In this document: piece by piece, positions 51,077 through 60,000 of the stretch
Numbering within the stretch: the first letter of the stretch is position 1
How the letters are laid out: the number at the start of each line of letters is the position of its first letter
DNA from: Botryllus schlosseri
Lineage: Eukaryota
Direction of reading: 5' to 3'
Assembly (NCBI GenBank): GCA_051294905.1
Contig: CM119371.1
Span: 21,950,001 to 22,010,000 of the forward strand
Length of the DNA stretch: 60,000 bases
Made by a program: the position numbers and the translations under genes
Notes under the pieces: model-generated
What the model was told of the DNA's origin: nothing
Databases searched by the model: none
The model's input: only the letters and a program-made list of their open reading frames with translations

Positions 51077-52444
51077 TAGGGGTTAAACCCGCTCAGAGGC
51101 CAAACGCCAGACGCCGAGCGGCGGCCAAATGTCTGTACGGTGTTTGGCGTCTGTTATGTTCAGACGCCGAGTAGCTATAGGGCGTTTGGCGTCTGATATG
51201 GTGAGACGCCGAGTAGCTATACGGCGTTTGGCGTCTGTCATGTTGAGACGCCGAGTAGCTATACGGCGTTTGGCGTCTGGTATCTCGGTAAACTGAGCAG
51301 AGGCTAAATCCTTTCATGGCGCGACTATATGATATCCAAGATTGCATATTGTTAAATTTTTGTCATAATAAGCGGTGACAGAATCCCAAATTATCTATTG
51401 CATGTTCAGCTGTATCCAATTATTGTATCACCGCCCAGGGTTGCAATGAATCGAGTCATGACTCGACTCACAATTTTTTTGATTGATTGATTGATTGATT
51501 TTCTTGAAAAGGGATTTACTCATTGTATGACTTATTCAAGTATGGTATATCAGGACTGATAAATGAAAAATATGCCCAAACCTGCCTTTTATCTGTTACA
51601 ATAACCATGTTTAGAATGGAAAAAATAAACATAAAAATTATACGAGGCCTTCGATATCGCCCCGGGCCCGCGAGTTCCACAGAAGTGATCTGAAGCTGAA
51701 CTCGATGGGGAACAGTAAACACCATGACTTGGACTCGACCCATTGCTCTCGGACTTGACTCGTTAGGGATTGCTCGGACTTGACTCGCCGGTGAATTGCA
51801 AACGACTCCACTTAATGAAACCTAGTGACTTGGTTACAACCTTGTCACCACCCCATATTTGTACACTCAGACCCAAGTCTGCAGATACAGTATGTAATGA
51901 AACTGCAATACCACAATATGAAATAGCCAACGGAACCACAGCAGAAGGCAATGAAACCACGGTAAAAGTCATTAAGAAATGAGCAGTGGAACCACAGTAA
52001 AAATGACTGAGAAAACAGCATTGGAACAGTTAAAAGTCATCAGGAAATGAGCAATGGAATCTTAGTAAAAGTCACAAAGAAATAAGCAGTGGTACCACAG
52101 TAAAAGTCAGCTGAACATGCAATAGATAATTTGGTATTCTGCCACCGCTTATTATGACAAAAATTTAACAATAGGCTATGCAATCTTAGATATCATATAG
52201 TCGCGCCATGAAAGGATTTAGCCTCTGCTCAGTTTACCGAGATACCAGACGCCAAACGCCGTATAGCTACTCGGCGTCTCAACATGACAGACGCCAAACG
52301 CCGTATACCTACTCGGCGTCTCACCATATCAGACGCCAAACGCCCTATAGCTACTCGGCGTCTGAACATAACAGACGCCAAACGCCGTACAGACATTTGG
52401 CCGCCGCTCGGCGTTTGGCCTCTGAGCGGGTTCAACCCCTGTTG
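51077..52444. mobile_element. Foldback element with ~330-bp arms containing 42-bp hairpin repeats
   Basis: 51078-51411 is the reverse complement of 52108-52440. Flanked by the direct repeat CACGGATGAG (51067-51076, 52445-52454). Unit agacgccaaacgccgtatagctactcggcgtctcaacatgac. Confidence 0.88.
51436..51844. mobile_element. hAT MITE nested in the foldback
   Basis: Ends cagggttgcaa / ttacaaccttg. TSD TCACCGCC / TCACCACC. gactcg/gactt subterminal repeats. Confidence 0.75.
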
Positions 52445-52511
52445 CACGGATGAGATGGTGCGGAGGAGCCTAGATAGACCTCCAGCACTTGGGTTGGAAT
52501 TCTGGAGTCGA

Positions 52512-54062
52512 CACTCCAAAAAAAAATTAGACCAATTTGGTCTCAAATCGATTTTTTACAAAAAAAAAGTCCTAAAGACCAATTAGTCTTACCAAGTACA
52601 TTCTGTCTCAAATCGATATTTTACAAAAAAAATAGTCTTAAAGACGAATTAGTCTTACCAAGTATTTTATGTCTCAAAAGTAAGACACAAATTGATCAAA
52701 AATAGTAGCAGTGCCTTGGGGGCATCCTTTTCAATGTTAGGGTCTGAGCGAAGCGGAAGCATGAGAGAGACCAGAATTTGCAGTGTTGGGACGATACTGT
52801 ACTAAGGATTTACAAGATATTCACTACATATAGTTATCAAGGTGCATGCCACTTACTACTCATATGTAGGCTACTATTCAGATCAATATATATATGGTTG
52901 TCTCAGTCGAAAATAGCATTTATGGTGATTGGGTAAAATGAGACCAAAAATACTGCACAATTCGTCTTAAAAACAAGACCAAAAAAGCTGAAGCATCAAA
53001 AATTATCTCAATAAGCTAGCTGTGTCTGTAGAGTCCTTAGAAAAGTATTGTCCCATGGTCTCTCTCACTCTCCCCCTTCACTCAGAACCTAACATTGAAA
53101 AGGATGCCTCCGAAGCAGTGCTTCTATTATCGATCAAGTTGGGTCTTACTTTTGAGACGGAAAGTACTTGGTAACACTAATTGGTCTTCAAGACTTTTTT
53201 TGCTAAAAATACGATTTGAGACAGAATGTAGGCCTACTTGGTAAGACTAATTGGTTTTGAGACTTCTTTTTCTGAAAAATCAACTTGAGACCAAATTTGT
53301 CTAATTGTATGCTCTTGGCCCATGTCAAATCTCCGGTCTCATTTTTAAGACCACAAACCATGTTGTTTCTTGATTAGCAAAATCCAACTTAAAAACAAGA
53401 CCAAAAATACTTACACATCAAAAACTGTCTCAAAAAGCCAGTTATGTCTTATGCTCTTGGCCCATGTCGACTTTCCGGTCTCATTTTTAAGACCACAAAT
53501 CATGTCATTTCTTGATTTGTGAAATTTGTCTTAGAAACAAGACCATAAATACTGACACATCAAAAACTGTCTCAATAAGCTTATTATGTCTTAGAGCTCC
53601 TGACCCATGTCAACTTTCCGGTCTCATTTTGAAGACCACAAATCATGTTTTCTCTTGATAAGCCAAATTTGTCTTAAAAACAAGACCAAAAATACTGACA
53701 CATCAAAAACTGTCTTAATAAGCACAATATGTCTTAGAAATACTGGCACGTGTTAACTTTCCGGTCTCATTTTTAAGACCACAAATCATGTCGTTTCTTG
53801 ATTAGCGAAATTTGTCTTAAAAACAAGACCAAAAATACTGACACATCAAAAACTGTTTTAATAAGCACAATGAGATGCATTTTATTGGTCTCATTTTTAA
53901 GACCAAATAATTGTGACAATTATATGTGGTCTTAAACAGCTGAATCAGTCTCAATTTTGAGACCTCAATTCATCAGTGAGACTGAAATTGCTGAAAATGA
54001 GACCAAATCATCCTCATTTCTTAAATTTGAGACCAAATTTGTCTAATTTTTTTTTTGTAGTG
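52512..54062. mobile_element. Non-autonomous CACTA/EnSpm-like element with ~120-bp internal tandem repeats
   Basis: Termini cactccaaaaaaaaattagaccaatttggtctcaaat / atttgagaccaaatttgtctaattttttttttgtagtg. About 4-5 tandem units at 53310-53900 rich in GAGACC/AAGACC. Confidence 0.85.
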
Positions 54063-56020
54063 AACCTCGGTTGGACTCGAACCCATAACCCGTTGGCGTT
54101 GTAGCTGTGGATTATAGTACTACGCTATCTCGGCACTGCATTGCCGTGTCTTGAATATCCGCTCCTTGATTTAGTATGATCGAGTTCCTTAAATCCATTT
54201 TCAATCCATTTTTGGTGAATGTGATAACGCGTAGCGCTTGTAACGACACATTTGAGTATGACCGCAACAAATAGGCTATGGCACCAAAATTGAGAAATAT
54301 ATTTTTTAATGAACACATAACGTTATATCTAGAAAACTCATCTTGAATTTAATATGGAATAGTGGTCGACTGGTCGTGTATATCATTAAAGAAAATGGAT
54401 TTCTGCGAACATTTCGAAGTCATCGTGATTGACCTTACTACTTCAACTTCTTCTTTTTCCATAATCCTTAACAAAACATCTCTAAACAGTAACATGTTTG
54501 TATCAGTAGGCTATTGGCAATTCAACAATTAAAATGAGTCTGTTGATGTGAGTCCTGAGTATTACCAGAAAAGAGAAACTGCCTCGTGACTTTCCCATTT
54601 TAAATAATACAAATTACGTTATCAAGCCTGTTGTGAATTTAGAGGTCTCGCGGGCCATCGGTTGAGAACCACTGAGCTAGATGAACATAATGGCGTAAAA
54701 TCAAACTCAAACCCACCAGATGCTCAAAAAGCCGAACCTCTCGTCGATGGGAAAACCCAAAAACGGGATCTCTGCATGTATCGCGATCCTGGGTTCTTGC
54801 GCCCTCTACTGACCGTGTAATTTCATCAAACGAGCCGCAAAGTAGCCATGAACACTGAACAGTAGTGCTGTTCAAATAAAACTATATTTTCCTAATCTTG
54901 CTTGCTAGGTGATTAAATCGTCAAGTTGCCTAAAAAGACTATACACTAGATATGCTTCTAGATATCGACTATCACTTAAGAAATATATTTATGCGTGTTT
55001 TACCTGCTTGTCAGTTTATTCCGTTTTCGTGGTCGTTAATTTTAGGGTGAATGGTACTTCAGTTGCAAGTTATATCACCATCCTTTGAACGTGGTTATTT
55101 CAATGAAATCGACTAATTTCCAGCTAATCCGTGTCATATCTTTTTTTCGGTAACTGGCGATTTCTTTATCCAAACTCTACCATAGGCTAGGGCAATGATA
55201 TATATACAATAGGGCTGTTCAAAAAAACTTTTTTCGCGCCCCCCTTATCGTCATATCACAAAATCCAACCGGGATGGTAGCAACTCCAACAGATTTTTTG
55301 AAGGCATGGAAGGTTATATCTAGGGCAAGTTTGCAACATTTTTTACAGCTTCCGGCAGCTTCCTAAATTCTCGTAAGATATGTAGATGCTGTTTTAAGCT
55401 GCTTGAAGGAATCTTATAGTGCAACTTTTTGCAACTTTTGTCCATTTTTTTCATGCAAATTTTTGCAACATTTTGCAACTTTCTCGATTTTTCATGAAAG
55501 TATTTTCGATTTTGGTGAAATACACGGCCAAATTCGACTGAAACACCGTAAATCTGAACCGAACCGAACTAACGCTTTTTCGGGTATTTCAGGAGCTGAA
55601 CCGGAAAATTTACCTTTTACTTTAGTCAACCGAGCAAAATGAGGTCAAAATGCAACTTCTGCAACTTTTTTCAAAAATAAATGCAACTTTCCACGGATTT
55701 TTCTGCAACAAAAACTTGCCCTATAACTGTTGATGAGAGAATTAAAAAATATGAAATTCGTTGTATATATATAGAGAAACACGCGTGAATTGGAGGTAAA
55801 TCGCGCAAAGCGCACATTTTTTCTAAGTTGACCGCTTCTTGGCGCCCCCCTTCCGAGCTTTCACGCCCCCCAGGTTGGGAACCACTGCTCTAGAGTGTCA
55901 CACGCAGAATCCACAAACAACACACAGACTACTTCAGCATCGTTATAGTTATTGCCACCTCGGGACGTGCATCCGTTTTTTGTATGGCGTGGCACTTGAG
56001 AATTCATAGTCTACTTAGGG

Positions 56021-57597
56021 CAGGGGCGGGCAACTTCTCCAAGTCGGCGGGCCGGATATAGGAAAATTAAGTACGTGGCGGGCCGGATCGCTGAATCGAT
56101 ACATTGTTCGCCCATTTATCCACGTATACAAGGAAGATATCCTATTTAATGAATGTATTTTAACGACAGCAATGCAACTTCAAAGCCATTTCTCGCCAAT
56201 AATGACGAAGACAATGTGGATTTGAGAACAGCACTCTCATACAGCAGGGGTGGCCAATCTTTTTGCCAATCACGGCCGCATTTCGACTACTCATGTAGCC
56301 TACGGCCGCATTCCAGGGAATAGTCGTAATGAACTAGCAGGACGCCAAATACTCATGTTGAAGTGTCTGTGTCCAACTGTCCATTTCCGGCGAACTCCGT
56401 ACTAATCTATTAAATAATGTTGGCTGTTCATAGTCGCGCCAAGCGCGAAAATTTTTTAAGATTCATTCACGAATTTCGTCATGAAAATTACTAGTTCTAC
56501 ATATTATTTCTCATCCCATGTGATCAGATTCACCGGTAGAGTTGGTGGAGGGTTGGTCAGGGCAGGCCAATTATTATTAGTCACTTTGTTGCATGCTGCT
56601 CTTTGCATGTCTTGACCTCCCGTCAGGATTGTCGGTATAGTGAGGAGAACACGATTCCGAGTTGGTATATCTATATGTGCCGCATCTGTTCGCAACTGTA
56701 CTGTGGGGCTCTGATTGCAAAGTGCGCAACTATATTAAAATCGAAAAATAAAGTCGCATTGAATCGCGCGCTGCGCGAAGAAACTTTCAAGAATAATTAA
56801 AATCTTTCAAGAAATCGGGAGTCAATTCGTAAATTCAAATTCCACGTCGACGGCCGCCAACACCTACTAATTGAATTACGTGTCCACGGCCGCACAAATT
56901 TGCTTCTACGGCCGCAGGTTGGCCACCCCTATCATACAGGTACCACCCCTGTCATACAGGTACAACCATGTTTGCTTCTCTCTGATCAATCAACACACGG
57001 TGCAATCCTTCATCAAGATTTCCAGGCGTTCAATAATCCCGGTACCCCAAATTTACCAAGATATCAATGCATTAGGATTAAGTAGGTGACGAGATAGCGT
57101 GGTTGTTAAACTGTGCGGCCTGTCTATCTCGATATTGAATTCATGCGGGCCGCGGCCTCGAAATTTGAAATTGGCCCGCGACTCGTTTTCAGTTGGCGAC
57201 ACCTGGCATAATCGGTGTCTTACAAAAGCCTATAAGTGTGCGCCGTGCTACACGTCGACGGTTACGAAATCAATTATAAGAAATATCGGCCTGGTGTAAA
57301 TGACCATTGTCGTCGACAAACACCATTATTACCACAAATGACATTAGGGTTCAGTACATCGTAAATGCCGATAATGCAAGTCTTCTCGCTTCGACGAACT
57401 TACGCGTAAGCTACACCCTCGCTCGCTGTGCAATGTGCATACATGTGTATAAAAACATACAATCACTAAAATGTATGTCAGCAAGTAGTGGGGAATCTCA
57501 GAAGACCGGGGCCGGTGGGCCACATTATCATGTAAGACGAAAAACTGTCCGCGGGCCGGACAAAATCCCTTCGCGGGCCGTATGTTGCCCACCCCTG
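56021..57597. mobile_element. Non-autonomous hAT (Buster-type) element
   Basis: TIR caggggcgggcaac / gttgcccacccctg. TSD ACTTAGGG at 56013-56020 and 57598-57605. Empty site at ~8700-8712. Confidence 0.92.
56245..56931. mobile_element. Nested hAT MITE
   Basis: TIR caggggtggccaa / ttggccaccccta. TSD TCATACAG. The right junction is tandemly duplicated at 56943-56962. Confidence 0.85.
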
Positions 57598-57986
57598 ACT
57601 TAGGGCGTGTGTCACAATGGTGTAGGCTAAGTGCTATAAGAAATTGTCTGAAAGTTTCCTGGTACATATTTCGGACAAGTTATATGCGAAAGCTGAAGCG
57701 ACTTTTAAACAAACTTCGTTCGTTGTTTGTTTGTTTTATTCACACATACACAGTGGCGCTTATCGCCTATGCCCTAAAACAAACTTCGTTAAATCCCCCG
57801 GCAGTGCAATTAAGCGATACATGGCAATAGAGGGGTCCAGTCCAGTGGTTCTCAACCTTCGATCCGCGACAACATTTCTGCGGGCCGCCTAAAGTCCCGT
57901 CGCGAACCGATTCCGGTCCGTGTGCCGTATGTTGCCCGCCCCTGCTCTACTACCATGCTTGCAGAAAAACGGCTGAACATACTTTA

Positions 57987-59346
57987 GGGGAGACCGGGGA
58001 CAATTGTAACACTTTTTGTATTTTCCAACATTACGTGTTTTTCTCGTGGAAATTTCACTCTCAAAGTTTTATATAAAGAAGCCAACAACTCGATGGTTTA
58101 TATGAAAACGAAATTGGAACTCAATCAACAATAAATCATGGAAATTTTGGGTCGCAAAAATCGCTGCTCAAATGTTACAATAGCCCCGTACCCAGGGGCA
58201 ATTGTACCACCCTTGCGGGGCAATTGTAACAGTGTTATTTGTAACTAAAAACAAACGAAATGAACAACGAAAACGGAAACACAAATTGAAATATTGCATG
58301 AAACCAAAGGAAGAGACGTTTCAACGCTTCCAGGCTACGCCCCATCGCATTTATGGCATCTGAATGCAATATCACTCTTCGTGTCTTTTTCAAGCTTAAA
58401 GCGTACAAGTGACACATTCATTCCATCATCTCCCTAAACATATTCGGCCTCTTCTACCAAGGTTCTGTTGTTCAGCGTGCATAATGGGTTGGTCATTCGG
58501 GCACCTGTGAAGGTGCGAAACCGACCTGGCTAACATATCTTGGTTGGATGGGCCGAGGATAGTATAGCAAAATGAGGACGCAACATTGTCTGGCGTCAAA
58601 GCTATAATGACATTCTTCTGTGCTGTACAAAATTAAAATAAATAGTTCAGATCAAATATCAAAATGTAATTGGGTCATGATCAAAGTCATGGGACGAGGA
58701 TTCAGTCATGACCATTGAAGTTCCACACACCAAAAGTCGATCAACATGAGAAAGGGTGGTTGAATCACGAAAATAACCGAACCGTCAGATTCACATCACC
58801 ACTATTGTATTGCCGTTTCGACAGATGATCATGTTAGAATTGGTATCGCAAGGTAGTATCTGTTCTGGTGAACTTCTGGCTGTTGCAAGATTAATCTGCA
58901 GTAGATGAATGGTAATACCAACATATGAACAAAGACATTCAGAATTGATAACATATTGTAACGGGGCAAAAGTAACAGAGTGTTACGATTGCCCCTGCCA
59001 CGGTCGACCATGATTAGTGTATCAGTATGGTACCTTCCCGGCGATGCAAGTCCTATTTTTTCCATCATCACGGTAGACTATGGTAACATTGTTCCAGCTA
59101 CATATATTACGTTGTAACTACTTGAGGTACTATTCGTCTAAACAAATTATTCCAGACCAGAAAAACTTTACTCGAGGGTCAAAAATTTCGTTTTTTTCAA
59201 ATTATTCCGGGGTTTCGCATCGTAGCTCAACGTAACTCCAGGTATAATAGGAGAGAAAACTACTGCATGCGCACTTAAAATATCAAGCTGATTTCTCCAT
59301 CCTACTAGCGGTGAGGTCGATTGTTACATTTGTCCCCGGTCTCCCC
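57987..59346. mobile_element. Non-autonomous Tc1/mariner-superfamily element with GG...CC termini
   Basis: TA|GGGGAGACCGGGGACAATTGTAAC ... GTTACATTTGTCCCCGGTCTCCCC|TA. Confidence 0.88.
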
Positions 59347-60000
59347 TACATATGGGGCTGCTTTCAAGGTCCACCGGTGCGCCAAATAGCATTTGAAATT
59401 TTACCGATCCTCGAGGTGACAAAGGCTGAGAACCACTGGTATGGTAAATAGCAAACTCGCATTTCTTTCAAGAATGCCGAACAATCACAGGACTTCGCGA
59501 GCTTCTCCTCGCAGAAACTGAAATACAACCACATATAAATATCTAGTAACAAAAAGACGCCATTAAATTAAATATCCAATGAAGCATGCATTTGTCGTCA
59601 ATAATAATAAATTTAGAGTGAATTTTGGTTTATGACTGCAAAGCTTGTTTCGAAGTTTTACGGGTCCACGAGGTCAACAAGGTTTAGAACCACTGTTCTA
59701 AAGCTGACTGTTGGTTTCTGTTTTTCAAGTTCATCTTCGTTTGTTAATCCGTAACAATCTCTTTGGCAGAACAAAACTTAACAATTTCCACCAACGCTAT
59801 ATGTTTCTATTGCTAATAGCTATTCTTATTTACTAGAAGCTGCCTGACATACCGTCATCAGGATCAGCCACAAATAAATAGACAATTGGGAATTCGTGAA
59901 TAGAGAAGAGTTCACGCTTGTCATAACAATGCCTACTTCCACGAGAAAGAGATTTAGGCCCACACCGAATCTGTTGAAAAAAAAAACTTGAAGCGAAGAT

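Larger units (their letters stand above)
51005..54135 (-). mobile_element. tRNA-derived SINE split into three pieces (54135-54063, 52511-52445, 51076-51005)
   Basis: Head with TAGCGTAGT and GGTTCGAGTCC boxes. The joined pieces align with the SINE at 3236-3423. Confidence 0.7.
50680..54674. mobile_element. hAT (Buster-type) element hosting a multi-level nest
   Basis: TIR cagtggttcacaacc / ggttgagaaccactg. TSD AGCTAGAT at 50672-50679 and 54675-54682. Family relatives at ~9511-12521 and ~23200-23520. Confidence 0.85.
55234..57770 (-). repeat. Inverted copy of the 7691-9484 block
   Basis: Long near-identical reverse-complement match outside the 56021-57597 insertion. Confidence 0.9.

Noticed and set aside
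51093..52453. CRISPR-like hairpin repeats and twin ORFs (RRQTPYSYSAS)n
   Set aside because: No unique spacers, no cas genes and a eukaryotic context. The repeats are TIR sub-repeats and the ORFs are mirror products of the inverted arms.
1..60000. Remaining 60-120-aa ORFs in the track
   Set aside because: They fall within repeats or lack recognisable domains and splice context, and are consistent with chance ORFs.

Overview
AT-rich eukaryotic (invertebrate-like) genomic DNA. The species cannot be determined from sequence alone. Host content is small: two paralogous minus-strand C2H2 zinc-finger ORFs (24605-25741 and 39532-40662, 13 intact fingers each, no effector domain in the ORF), a decayed third paralog (~27190-27526), and one tRNA-Arg(CCG) gene with a T-loop substitution (12646-12718). 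The zinc-finger (ZF) units lie in an old tandem segmental duplication. Almost everything else is nested transposon debris: many non-autonomous hAT elements with 8-bp target-site duplications (TSDs, mostly nnnTAnnn, Buster/Charlie type), hAT transposase remnants, a decayed two-gene PIF/Harbinger element, pogo/Tc1-mariner-type and CACTA-type elements, long foldbacks (one with a 7-bp TSD, P/Galileo-like) and tRNA-derived SINEs. The most interesting observations are the ZF arrays with a shared upstream ORF, TA-GGCC-TA/TA-GGC-TA excision footprints, reciprocal empty sites in an inverted duplicate, and a CGCGC-N3-GCGCG motif shared across element families. All alignments and coordinates were read by eye.
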